Positions 20,257 to 29,231 are shown, counted from the stretch's first letter. The stretch: DNA of 32,000 bases from Candidatus Electrothrix sp. GW3-4 (GCF_037902255.1 NZ_CP147990.1:900001-932000), one strand, 5' to 3'. The notes: generated by a model from the letters alone, not told the origin. Translations and numbers: made by a program.

Positions 20257-21989
20257 GTAACCGTTCACCCCCCTCATTCCACACAAAAAAGAACTGGACA
20301 AAAAAGAGGATCACGATAGTTTAACGGTCACAACGTTTTTTACGAGATCTATCCACGTTCTGAGTTCGCATGCACCTGTCCAGAGAAGAGTTGCTAAAAA
20401 TAGATAAGCAGTTTATTGACACCTTGCCCGGTAAGAGTGCAAAGGAGCTGTGCCTGCTCTTTCTTGATGACCTCAAAGAACTTCACGAACGGCTGGGTCA
20501 AAATTCCGAAAACAGCTCCATGCCTCCCAGCTCAAATTTCCCCTGGGCCCGGTTTGATGCCGACGCTCAAGCCGACGAGGAGGAACCGGATGAAGAGCAA
20601 GTCGAAGCCACGCACATAGAACTCGACGATTCTGACGAGGAGTCCGTCGAGCATGATGAAGATGCGGACAAGTCCGACCAGCAGGATTCCCCCAAAAATA
20701 TTGATGATCGCCCCAAGGGCAACAAACCCGGCAAGCAACCCGGTGCCACCGGGCATGGTCGAACGCAAAAACTTCCCGTACACGACACCATCATTCACAA
20801 AGCAGGCACCTGCTCGGCTTGTAACCTTGAGCTGGACGAAACATGCGACTTCACCGCTCGCACCGGTCATTATGTCGTTGATATTGAGGTGGGCGATGCC
20901 ACCGGCCCGGGAATAGAGGTGATCAACACCAAGCATATCTACGGAGACACGACGTGCGGCGGCTGTGGTCATGTCAATCGGCTTATGCCCCATCGTCTCG
21001 AAAAAAACGAAGACTGGGGGGTTGAAATAAGCCAATGGCACATGGTCGGCCCAAAATTGACCGCTCTGATCGTGTGCCTCTCCAAGCGCATGCGCCTTTC
21101 TCGCCGCCGCATCCGGGAATTTCTGCAAGATTGGCTGCGATTGGATTTGGGCATCGGCACGATCAATCAATGTATCCATGAAGCTGGCCGCGCCGTTTCT
21201 CCCCTTACCGAGGAGTTTCTTGAGGAGGTGCGTGAATCACTGATCCTGTTCGTGGATGAGACATCCTGGAAGGAGTGGGCCGAAAAACGATGGTTATGGG
21301 TCTTTACCTCGCTGAAAGTCACCTTTTACATCATTGGCCTTCGCAGCCAAAAAGTACTTGATTATGTGCTCGGCCAAACCTTTAAGGGGGTGCTGATGAG
21401 CGACGGCTACAAGGCCTATCGTAAGTTCCTCAACAGGCTCCGCTGCTGGGCGCATTTACTGCGCAAGACAAAAGGCTTGAAACAGAGCCTGAGCGATGAT
21501 CCCCGCACATTCGGCACCGAGGCCCATGCGGTGCTCACCGAGTTGATGGATGTAATTTACAAGGCTCGCGAGGGACCACCCACGGATCTTTTGCCAATAT
21601 ACAGAGAATTTCTGGCCGAATTTAAGGCGTGCTGCATGAGATATCGCGATTCAGACCATAAAAAAACACGCGAGCTGGCCAGAGAATTTCTCAACGACTG
21701 GGACACGATTTTTCATGTGTTGTCGAATCCGACGTGGCCCCTGACCAATAATGAGGCGGAGCAAGCGTTACGTCATTGGGTTATTGCGCGCAAATTAAGC
21801 CACGGTACCCGTAATGGTCAAGGTAGTCATGTGTTCGCCATACTTGCAAGTGTGATTGATACGTGTAGGAAGCGCAACGCCTGTCCGTGGAAATATCTCG
21901 CCGAGGTTATCACGGCTCGGCGTCAGGGGCTGGATGTACCTCCTCTGCCTCTTGCTGCGTAAAAAAATGAGAGGGGTCTGAACGGTTAC
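20257..21989 (+). mobile_element. IS66-family insertion sequence, single-ORF type, 1733 bp
   Basis: The terminal inverted repeats are IRL GTAACCGTTCACCCCCCTCATT and, read as reverse complement, the right terminal inverted repeat (IRR) GTAACCGTTCAGACCCCTCTCATT. The first 11 nt are identical, and the GTAA ends are typical of IS66. The element is flanked by an 8-bp direct repeat. Confidence 0.9.
20370..21962 (+). CDS. IS66 family transposase
   Basis: The 530-aa product has an N-terminal leucine-zipper-like helix plus NSSMPPSS, Cys-rich zinc fingers (CSACN...CGGCGH) and a DDE core (FVDETSW...LMSDGYKAY...NNEAEQALR). Confidence 0.92.
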   Translation: MHLSREELLKIDKQFIDTLPGKSAKELCLLFLDDLKELHERLGQNSENSSMPPSSNFPWARFDADAQADEEEPDEEQVEATHIELDDSDEESVEHDEDADKSDQQDSPKNIDDRPKGNKPGKQPGATGHGRTQKLPVHDTIIHKAGTCSACNLELDETCDFTARTGHYVVDIEVGDATGPGIEVINTKHIYGDTTCGGCGHVNRLMPHRLEKNEDWGVEISQWHMVGPKLTALIVCLSKRMRLSRRRIREFLQDWLRLDLGIGTINQCIHEAGRAVSPLTEEFLEEVRESLILFVDETSWKEWAEKRWLWVFTSLKVTFYIIGLRSQKVLDYVLGQTFKGVLMSDGYKAYRKFLNRLRCWAHLLRKTKGLKQSLSDDPRTFGTEAHAVLTELMDVIYKAREGPPTDLLPIYREFLAEFKACCMRYRDSDHKKTRELAREFLNDWDTIFHVLSNPTWPLTNNEAEQALRHWVIARKLSHGTRNGQGSHVFAILASVIDTCRKRNACPWKYLAEVITARRQGLDVPPLPLAA

Positions 21990-22986
21990 CCAGCAAAATG
22001 ATCCCTAAGGCAACGATGAAGTTGGTTGTGTCATCGGCAATACGCCCAAAACGTAAGGGCAGGCTCCCCACCCAACGGGGAAAATTCCAAAAGACCGCCT
22101 TTGGAGCAGACATAACCGAGAACGTCTGCTGTGCTTTCCGCGCCACAAAGCGCTTATGCTGCTGCGCAAACTTTGCCTTTGCCCTGCGCGTGCTCTTCTT
22201 TCCACCCTGCTGCGCCTCCCAGAGCGATAGTGCCGCCAACTGCAACCACAGAGGATGCCTTTTGCCCCATTGCCGGGCCAGCTGCTGCTCTTTCGGGTCC
22301 AGGGCTGGCTTACCATCCAGAGGCAGACACAGCAACTCCTCTGTCTCTTCCTTGCTGAACTCGCCCAACTCCACCACATGACCCAGATTAAAAAAGGCCG
22401 AGGTCAGGTTCTGCTCCCCGGCATAGACATCCAGGGGCCTGCGGCTGGAGAGGATGAACATCAGCTGACTGGTATTCATCCAGCCCCGCAGCTGATCAAA
22501 AAAGCTGTCGGTCAACGGGACATCATTCCTCAGCAGGGCCTCAAACTCATCCAGACAAAAGACCGGCAGGAGTACGTGATCAGTGAGTTGCTCCAGGAGG
22601 CTGGTAAAATCCTGCTGGGTTCGGGGCGGGGCAAGCAGGGTTCTGCGCAGGGAGGCGACTCTCTGTATTGCGGGCTGTTGGGCCAATGCCCTGCCTAAGG
22701 CCTGCAAGAAGGCCGCCTCAGTGGGTGGCGTCCGGGCCTGGAGGTCCAGATAGACCACAACAAAATGGGACGGATGATTGACCCGCTGCTCCCAGGTCTG
22801 TACAAAATGATAGAGCAGCGAGGATTTACCCATGTGGCGTTCACCGACCACATTGACGCTGGTGGGATGGGCCCCGTCCATCTGCTGGGCAAGGAGAGTT
22901 AACTCCTCTCGGCGCCCGACAAAACGGCTGGGAGTGGTAATCATGGGTCCGGCAACAAAGGGGGAGAGAGGGGCGGTATCGGCCAT
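21910..22986 (-). CDS. AAA_16-type P-loop ATPase, with its last codons replaced by IS66 insertion
   Basis: FVGRREELTLLAQQMD...VNVVGERHMGKSSLL is an AAA_16-style N-terminus with Walker A, and LPVFCLDEFEAL is Walker B. The likely start is ATG 22986 (MADTAPLS), preceded by AAAGGA. The C-terminal hydrophobic helix FIVALGIILLG runs into the IS. Without the IS the frame would end ...GIILLGVRDALWP* at 20224. Confidence 0.7.
   Translation of the reverse strand: MADTAPLSPFVAGPMITTPSRFVGRREELTLLAQQMDGAHPTSVNVVGERHMGKSSLLYHFVQTWEQRVNHPSHFVVVYLDLQARTPPTEAAFLQALGRALAQQPAIQRVASLRRTLLAPPRTQQDFTSLLEQLTDHVLLPVFCLDEFEALLRNDVPLTDSFFDQLRGWMNTSQLMFILSSRRPLDVYAGEQNLTSAFFNLGHVVELGEFSKEETEELLCLPLDGKPALDPKEQQLARQWGKRHPLWLQLAALSLWEAQQGGKKSTRRAKAKFAQQHKRFVARKAQQTFSVMSAPKAVFWNFPRWVGSLPLRFGRIADDTTNFIVALGIILLGNRSDPSHFFTQQEAEEVHPAPDAEP
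21990..21997. repeat. Right 8-bp target-site duplication CCAGCAAA
   Basis: It is identical to 20249-20256 and lies immediately outside the IRR. Confidence 0.85.
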
Positions 22987-23050
22987 GATGGGTATCCTTT
23001 TGCGAATTGCAGCCTGTGAGCTTATTTTTTTGTTTGTCTGATGGTGTTGA

Positions 23051-23323
23051 ACGCAACCTACATACTGTGACACCTTGGAATATTCCTGCCCTGTCGCAGA
23101 ATTCTTCCGCAAGAGACGATACTGTTCCTGTATCATCGAAGAGTCGTTCTGCTCCGTTGACGAATGATGCAGTGCTCAATAAGAACGATCCTGCGACAGG
23201 AAAGAACATTTCGACACCGATAAAGAACGCCTCGTTACTCTCGAAGAATCATTATACACTCTGTATGCACGATACTGCACCACCGAAGAATGATTCTGCA
23301 GCAGGTGAGAGCCTGCCAAGCAG
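23051..23323. repeat. About 13 tandem degenerate 21-bp units with an internal dyad (consensus nnnnAAGAAYGATTCTGCAcc)
   Basis: AAGAAC occurs at 23181, 23202 and 23223, and AAGAAT at 23244 and 23286, giving spacings of exactly 21, 21, 21 and 42 bp. Dyads include AGAATGATTCT (23287-23297), AGAATTCT (23098-23105) and GGAATATTCC (23077-23086). The array lies between the ampG stop and the ATPase start. Confidence 0.7.
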
Positions 23324-23408
23324 AGGGGATAACGGTCATCCCCTTGGGGATAGCCTTGCGTTCCTTGGGGACAGAACCCGGTCGTTGTCATTCCGTCAAG
23401 GCCTTGCC

Positions 23409-25007
23409 TTAGCGCAGCCTCCTGCCAGCCAGCCAGATCAGCACCAGCACCGGTATGCCCATCAGGGCTGTGACGAGAAAGAACTGATGATAGCCCCAGG
23501 CTGTGACCATGGTGCCGGAATAGCCGCCGATCAGCTTGGGCAGCAGGGTCATCAGGGAACTGAAGATGGCGTACTGGACAGCAGTGAAGGAGATATTGGT
23601 CAGCCCGGCCAGAAAGGCAACAAAGGCGGTGGTGGCAATGCCCCCACTGAGGTTGTCAGCGGAGATGACCAGATAGAGCAAGGGGACATTATTGCCTGCC
23701 TCGGCCAGCAGCATAAAGAGGAGGTTGGTGGCACTGGAAAGCAGGGCCCCGAGAAAGAGGATCTTCATCACCCCATAGCGGACCGTCAGGGTCCCACCAA
23801 GAAAGCCGCCCAGCAGGGTCATGAAGAGCCCAAAGGTCTTGATCACGCTGGCAATGGTTGCCTTGGAAAAGCCCATGTCCTGATAAAAGACATTGGCAAT
23901 CACCCCGAGAACAATGTCTGAAATCCGGTAGAATCCCACCAAGGCGAGGAGGAGCAGGGCCGTTTGCAGGCCATAGCGCTGAAAGAAATCAAGCACCGGA
24001 TTGATATAGGTCTGGGTGACCATACTGCCGTCCACGACGTTTTTGCGCATCAGGAAAAAGGCGCAGAGCAGGGCGCAGAACAGGGCCACGATCAGGCGTG
24101 TCGCTTCTGCCAGAAAGGAGAGCAGCGGTCCCGGCGTCTCAGGGGCGGTCGAGGTCAGTCCTCGGGCCATGCCGCTGAACAGCTTTACTGTGTCGCCGGT
24201 GAGGAAGAAAACCGTGATAAAGACCCCGACTGTGCAAACAAAGAGGAAGAGAAAGCGGAGGTAATACTCAGCCGGATACTCATAATTCCTGGCATTGGTT
24301 TCCGGTTCCGGGATCAGTAGGGTAGTTGCCACCCCGACCAGCATGACCCCAGCCATACAGAGATAGCTGTACTGCCAGGCTACATAGCTATAGACCTCTT
24401 TGCTGGTCCCAAACCAAGAGGCCAGATACAGGGCCCCGGCCCCGGCGACCAGCATCCCCACCCGGTAGCCAGCAATATAGGTGGAAGAGAGGAGGGCCTG
24501 CATCTCTTCCGGTGCGCATTCAATGCGGTAGGCGTCAATGACGATATCCTGGGTGGCAGAGGAAAAACCGAGCATGACTGCTGCCAGGGCCATATAGACC
24601 AAGTTCCCGTGTCCGGCTGCCGGGTCGGTCAGGGCCATGAGGCAGATGGCGCTCATCACCGCTCCCTGGGCCAGCAGCAGCCAGCCCCTTCTTCTGCCCA
24701 GCTTTTTGGTGAGCAAGGGCAGGGGCAGGGTGTCCACCAGGGGGGCCCAGACAAATTTAAAGGAATAACCCAGGGCGGCCCAGCTGAAGAAGGTGACAGC
24801 GGAGCGACTGACCCCGGCCTCCCTGAGCCAGAGGGAGAGGCTGGAAAAGATCAGGAGGATAGGGATCCCGGCGGAAAAGCCAAAGAAGAGCATGGTCACC
24901 ACCCGGGGATGGAGCCAGGCCTGCATGCTCTGTTGCCAGCTTTTCGGGCCTTGTTCAGGCAAGGGCTCTGGGGCGGTATCTTGTCGCTTGGTCAGGTTGT
25001 CCATCAC
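23409..25007 (-). CDS. ampG: AmpG-family MFS muropeptide permease
   Basis: The 532-aa protein is polytopic. An AmpG-typical N-terminal region is present: MLFFGFSAGIPILLIFSSLSLWLREAGVSRSAVTFFSWAALGYSFKFVWAPLVD. Confidence 0.85.
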   Translation of the reverse strand: MMDNLTKRQDTAPEPLPEQGPKSWQQSMQAWLHPRVVTMLFFGFSAGIPILLIFSSLSLWLREAGVSRSAVTFFSWAALGYSFKFVWAPLVDTLPLPLLTKKLGRRRGWLLLAQGAVMSAICLMALTDPAAGHGNLVYMALAAVMLGFSSATQDIVIDAYRIECAPEEMQALLSSTYIAGYRVGMLVAGAGALYLASWFGTSKEVYSYVAWQYSYLCMAGVMLVGVATTLLIPEPETNARNYEYPAEYYLRFLFLFVCTVGVFITVFFLTGDTVKLFSGMARGLTSTAPETPGPLLSFLAEATRLIVALFCALLCAFFLMRKNVVDGSMVTQTYINPVLDFFQRYGLQTALLLLALVGFYRISDIVLGVIANVFYQDMGFSKATIASVIKTFGLFMTLLGGFLGGTLTVRYGVMKILFLGALLSSATNLLFMLLAEAGNNVPLLYLVISADNLSGGIATTAFVAFLAGLTNISFTAVQYAIFSSLMTLLPKLIGGYSGTMVTAWGYHQFFLVTALMGIPVLVLIWLAGRRLR

Positions 25008-25041
25008 TGTGTCCGTTTTTTTGTTGAGAGAGCAAGGCAGG

Positions 25042-25638
25042 CTATGCCCCTGTGGCCCCTGTGCAGGCAGATTCTGTTGCTGCGCTGTATTGTCTGTAAT
25101 GCAGTTCAGGCGCTAGAACCAGTTCATGGTATTGGGTCAGGGTATAGTCGGCAAGCAGGCTGTCCTGCCAATAGGAATAGTTTTGGAAAAATTGACCGAA
25201 CAGGGTCAGGCTTTGCTGCCGGAGGATATCCGGGACCAGCTCCACGTCCATATCCTGATATAGGGGGGCAAGCTGCTCCAGAGGCAGGCTGGTTCCGCCT
25301 CCCATTACATCCTCATAGGCCCAGACAAAACGGCGAACCCCGGAAAGGAGCAGGGTGGTATAACACATCAGGCAGGGTTCCATGGTGGAATAGACGGTTA
25401 TTCCCTGGCAGTCACGCTCTGGTTGCTCTGCCCGCAGGGCCCGCAGGGTCACCATCTCGGCATGATCAATCTCGTTGCTCACCGCCCCTTCGCTATTCCG
25501 GCGCCGGCCGCTTTGGATAATTGCATTGTCCTGAACGAATACACAGCCCACAGGGAATTCTCCGTCCTCCAGGGCTGTTCGGGCCTCGGCCAGGGCCTGC
25601 TGCATAAACGCTTCATCCTGTTGTCGTTGATTCTGCAT
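25042..25638 (-). CDS. CMP/dCMP-type zinc nucleoside deaminase (TadA/guanine-deaminase-like)
   Basis: The zinc-binding motifs HAE (IDHAEM) and PCxxC (EPCLMC) have the correct spacing. The N-terminus FMQQALAEARTALEDGEFPVGCVFV is typical of the family. Confidence 0.8.
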   Translation of the reverse strand: MQNQRQQDEAFMQQALAEARTALEDGEFPVGCVFVQDNAIIQSGRRRNSEGAVSNEIDHAEMVTLRALRAEQPERDCQGITVYSTMEPCLMCYTTLLLSGVRRFVWAYEDVMGGGTSLPLEQLAPLYQDMDVELVPDILRQQSLTLFGQFFQNYSYWQDSLLADYTLTQYHELVLAPELHYRQYSAATESACTGATGA

Positions 25639-25743
25639 AGTCTCTGTTATTTTTTATGGGTATGGAGAGTTATCGGTATGCTGTATCCGTATGCTGTGAT
25701 GAGCAGGGCAGTCCGGTCCTTTCTGCACCTGCCTCCTTGCTCG

Positions 25744-27009
25744 TCAGAGGGCCCTGCCAAAATGGAGCACAGACTTGGCAATCACGGTGCCGCCCGGTAT
25801 CTGTACCCAGTCATGATGACGGTCCCTAAACGGCAGAAAGACCAGGGAGGTCGAGATGACCTCTGGTCGGACATAGGGAAGATGCGGATAAATCTTGCGC
25901 TTGTTTGTTGCTGACTCGGCCAGGATCAGCTTCAGCGATTGTCTGGCCTCGCTTAAGGGCAGGGTGACCGGATACATATTGGGCACCACCCGCATCTCCT
26001 TTTCCTGCCCTTCCCGGGTCAGTCGCCACTGACTGATCGTGGCCTGCCTTGCCGTGCGGAGGAAGATCTTCGGGCGGAGCTTAAAGGCCGGAATCCAGAA
26101 CTGCATGGGCTGTTGCTCCCATTCCTTGCGGGGAACCAGGGGCTGATTGGTGCGGCGGATAAAGTCAGCAAAGCTCTGGATCTCGACAGCAGGGAGGTTG
26201 ACCCTGATCCGCCAGAAGGGCAGGTAAAGGGCCGTGTCAGAGGGGCCGGGGAATATTGTGCAGGGGGTCTGCGTAAGCCCATTTTTCCCGATTATCCAGG
26301 CCGTGTCGCAGTTTGAACAGGTCAGGACCAGACAATCGCCTTCTCCGTCCAGGGTCCAGCCACAACGGGGGCAGAGGGTGGCAAGAAATTGCATCTGCCA
26401 ATGAGGTCGGAACGGGGTACTGTTCAAGGCCTGGAGAGCTGCTGGATCAGCATGGGCCAGCGGTTCGCCCAGGACCGCATCAAAGAGCCCGTCCTCCCGG
26501 GGCAGGAGGGGCAGGTAGATATAGCTTAATGTCTCCCCGATATAGGCACGGTGATACAGGACCTCATCTTCCTTATGAGACTCTTTATGAGACAGGGCGT
26601 GGATCCGGGCTGCCTTTTCCAGGACCTTTTGGAGGTTCACTGCCAGGGGGAGAAAACGCCCCCTGGTCTCCTGAGAGATGCGGACCAGCTTCATAGCCTG
26701 GGGACGAAGCCCAAGAGAAGGGGGCAGCCCTGGCTGTGGACAACCGTCCTGGGTGGTATCCAGGACCTTATAGGCAATACCCGCTTCACTCACCGTAAAG
26801 ATATTGCCCTTAAAACGGAGATAGGGGGCATAGAGAATTTGCCCCTGTTTTTCCGCTCTCACCCTATTGGGCAGGGCATAGCGAAATGCCCCGGCAACCT
26901 GGAGGAAACTCTTGACCTGACAATACGGACAGGTGAGCAGGCGATCTTCAACCGACAGGGTGACAGAACCACCGCATTGGGGACAGGATTGTTCAACTTG
27001 AATTTTCAT
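25744..27009 (-). CDS. Hypothetical protein with two zinc-ribbon modules (internal duplication)
   Basis: CPQCGG-x16-CPYC sits at the N-terminus and CPRCGW-x16-CSNC at about residue 213. Each is followed roughly 30-35 aa later by an aromatic-basic strand (LYAPYLRFKG / LYLPFWRIRV). I do not recognise the family. Confidence 0.6.
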   Translation of the reverse strand: MKIQVEQSCPQCGGSVTLSVEDRLLTCPYCQVKSFLQVAGAFRYALPNRVRAEKQGQILYAPYLRFKGNIFTVSEAGIAYKVLDTTQDGCPQPGLPPSLGLRPQAMKLVRISQETRGRFLPLAVNLQKVLEKAARIHALSHKESHKEDEVLYHRAYIGETLSYIYLPLLPREDGLFDAVLGEPLAHADPAALQALNSTPFRPHWQMQFLATLCPRCGWTLDGEGDCLVLTCSNCDTAWIIGKNGLTQTPCTIFPGPSDTALYLPFWRIRVNLPAVEIQSFADFIRRTNQPLVPRKEWEQQPMQFWIPAFKLRPKIFLRTARQATISQWRLTREGQEKEMRVVPNMYPVTLPLSEARQSLKLILAESATNKRKIYPHLPYVRPEVISTSLVFLPFRDRHHDWVQIPGGTVIAKSVLHFGRAL

Positions 27010-27242
27010 TGCCTGCGCTGGTGAGTTCAGCCGTGAAGTTGTCTTGAAGAAAAAAGATCTGTTGGTGAAAGGACGGTGATTTTATCATTCGCCGTCAGTG
27101 CTTCTCTGCGGCAGCGATCAACTCATATAAAGAAATCTCGATGTTTGCCCCGGCAGGAAGCTCTCAATAGGGCTGAATATAACGGATTCCGTGTGTTTTG
27201 TAAATCCGCCTGCGCGCTCCGCAGGGAAGAGCAGGGTGTTTT

Positions 27243-29231
27243 TTATACCCTTTGCTCGTCCAGTACCTTACGGACGGTCTTTGCCAGTTCTTTCCGACTG
27301 ATCGGCTTCATCAGAAAGGCACGTATCCCGGAAGACTTTGCCTCGTTTCCTGTGATTAAACTGCTGTATCCTGTGCAGAGAATTATGGAGGAATCCGGTC
27401 TCAGGGTGAGATACCTGTTTGCCAGGTCAAGCCCGGTCATGTGCGGCATGGTCATATCAGTAATAACCAGATCGAACAGGTCCGGTTGATCGCGGAGCAG
27501 TTCCCAGGCATCTTTGCTGCTGGTCAATCCGGTAACCCTATAACCGAGTTCCCTGAGAATTTGCTGCTCCATTGTTACAATCACTTCTTCATCATCCAAG
27601 AGTAAGATATTCTCTGTACCCATGGGTAAAATTTCTTCTCCTGCTGAAGAAAATACCTCCGAGGATGATTGGAAGTACGGCAGATATACATGAAAAACGC
27701 TCCCTTTTGCCAGCCTGCTGTCCACGGAAATATGGCCACCGTAGCTATGGACTATACTATGGACAATGGCCAACCCCAGTCCTGTCCCCTTTCCTTTTTC
27801 TTTGGTTGTGAAATACGGGTCAAAGAGCCGGTCCAAGGTCTCCTTATCCATACCATGACCGGTATCACTGATCTCCAGCCGCAGATATTGGCCGGTTGGC
27901 AAGATCATAGATAATAATTTCTCGTCATTCTCATTAACTTCTACAAGGTTTAAGGAGACGCCTAAAACGCCGCCTTTTTCCTGCATGGCATGATAGGCAT
28001 TGGTACAGAGGTTCATGATGATCTGATGGATTTTGGTCGGATCGGCATGTACCACACCAGGTGTTGCCTGGATATTCTGTTGGATTTCAATGGTCGTTGG
28101 CAGGGATGCCCGGAGTAATTTCAAGGCCTCTTTGACAATCAGGTGAATTTGTAAGGGCTGGCGTTGATGTTCATGCTGCCGACTGATGGAGAGAATTTGC
28201 TGCACCAGCTCCTTGGCCCGATTTCCGGCATCAATGATCACCTGCAGGTCTTGCCAGGGAGTACTGCTGCGCGAAAATTCCTGCTGCACCAACTCGGCGT
28301 AACCAAGGATCGGTGTGAGGATATTGTTAAAATCATGTGCTATACCGCCAGCCAAGGTTCCGACCGCTTCCAGACGTTGGGTCTGACGAAGCTGGTGTTC
28401 AAGTTTTTTTTTCTCCTTTTCCTCCTTTTTTCGTTCTGTAATGTCCCGAGCAATTTCCTGAGCAAAGGTCACTCTTTCGTCTTCAAACTGGGGAAATGCG
28501 CTGATTTCCACGTTAATGATCCTGCCGGACTTTGTGATGAAAACGGTTTCATAACTCCTCACCGTTTCACCGGAAAAGACCTTTTTGAGGACTGCGGCAG
28601 TCTTTTCGCGCTTGTCTGGAGGAATGATATCAAGCAGAGGTTTGCCAATATATTCTTCTTTTGCATATCCCAGGGCTTGGAGCTCTGTTAGGTTGGCATC
28701 GGAAATATTTCCATCCAACCCAACGAGATGAATCATGTCCAGGGTATAATCGAACAGGCTCCTGTATTTTTGTTCGCTTATCTGGATTGCTTCATAGGAT
28801 TGTTGCAGTTCCGCAGTGCGTTCGGCAACACGCTCCTCCAGGAATTTTTGCATGCGCCAAAGCTGGAGATGCGTTTTTACTCGTGCAAGGACCTCTTCAC
28901 GCTGGATTGGTTTGGAGATAAAATCCACCCCCCCGGCCTCGAAGCCCCTGACTTTGTCACGCAGCTCCTGTAATGCACTGATAAAGATAACAGGTACCTC
29001 AGCCGTGCGCGCATCCTGCTTTAGCCTCCGGCAGAGTTCGTATCCATCGATATCTGGCATCTTGACATCAAGCAAAAGAAGATCCGGGGGAGCGGCAAGT
29101 GCTGAATCAAGGGCCAGACGCGGTTCCTGGGTCGGGCGGACCTTATATCCTTCCGAGGAAAGCATCTCTGTCAGCAGACGGAGATTTTCCAGGGTATCAT
29201 CCACCACCATAATTTCTTCTTTATTGTTCAT
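27243..29231 (-). CDS. Hybrid histidine kinase / response regulator (REC-coiled coil-PAS-HisKA-HATPase-REC)
   Basis: The N-terminal receiver is MVVDD...LLLLDVKMPDIDGYE and the H-box is GGIAHDFNNILTPILGYAEL. The ATPase G-boxes are DTGHGMD and GTGLGLAIV. The C-terminal receiver is ILLLDDEE...LVITDMTMPHMTG. Confidence 0.85.
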   Translation of the reverse strand: MNNKEEIMVVDDTLENLRLLTEMLSSEGYKVRPTQEPRLALDSALAAPPDLLLLDVKMPDIDGYELCRRLKQDARTAEVPVIFISALQELRDKVRGFEAGGVDFISKPIQREEVLARVKTHLQLWRMQKFLEERVAERTAELQQSYEAIQISEQKYRSLFDYTLDMIHLVGLDGNISDANLTELQALGYAKEEYIGKPLLDIIPPDKREKTAAVLKKVFSGETVRSYETVFITKSGRIINVEISAFPQFEDERVTFAQEIARDITERKKEEKEKKKLEHQLRQTQRLEAVGTLAGGIAHDFNNILTPILGYAELVQQEFSRSSTPWQDLQVIIDAGNRAKELVQQILSISRQHEHQRQPLQIHLIVKEALKLLRASLPTTIEIQQNIQATPGVVHADPTKIHQIIMNLCTNAYHAMQEKGGVLGVSLNLVEVNENDEKLLSMILPTGQYLRLEISDTGHGMDKETLDRLFDPYFTTKEKGKGTGLGLAIVHSIVHSYGGHISVDSRLAKGSVFHVYLPYFQSSSEVFSSAGEEILPMGTENILLLDDEEVIVTMEQQILRELGYRVTGLTSSKDAWELLRDQPDLFDLVITDMTMPHMTGLDLANRYLTLRPDSSIILCTGYSSLITGNEAKSSGIRAFLMKPISRKELAKTVRKVLDEQRV

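Noticed and set aside
20532-21179. A 215-aa minus-strand ORF inside the IS.
   Set aside because: It lies antisense to the IS66 transposase. IS66 accessory genes (tnpA/tnpB) lie upstream on the same strand as the transposase, not antisense, and this ORF does not resemble them.
22987-23136. A 50-codon N-terminal extension of the ATPase ORF, which the track starts at 23136.
   Set aside because: The extension overlaps the 21-bp repeat array, has no SD, and precedes the family-typical N-terminus. ATG 22986, which has an upstream AGGA, is preferred.
23007-23921. A 304-aa plus-strand ORF spanning the 21-bp repeat region and running into ampG.
   Set aside because: It has a TTG start without an SD and runs 513 bp antisense through a well-supported ampG. 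Its apparent heptad periodicity follows directly from the 21-bp DNA repeat. The possibility is kept only as an alternative explanation in the corresponding finding.
24609-25520. A 303-aa plus-strand ORF rich in G, P, A and R.
   Set aside because: It is a shadow ORF antisense to ampG and the deaminase gene, has low-complexity composition, and contains no recognisable motifs.
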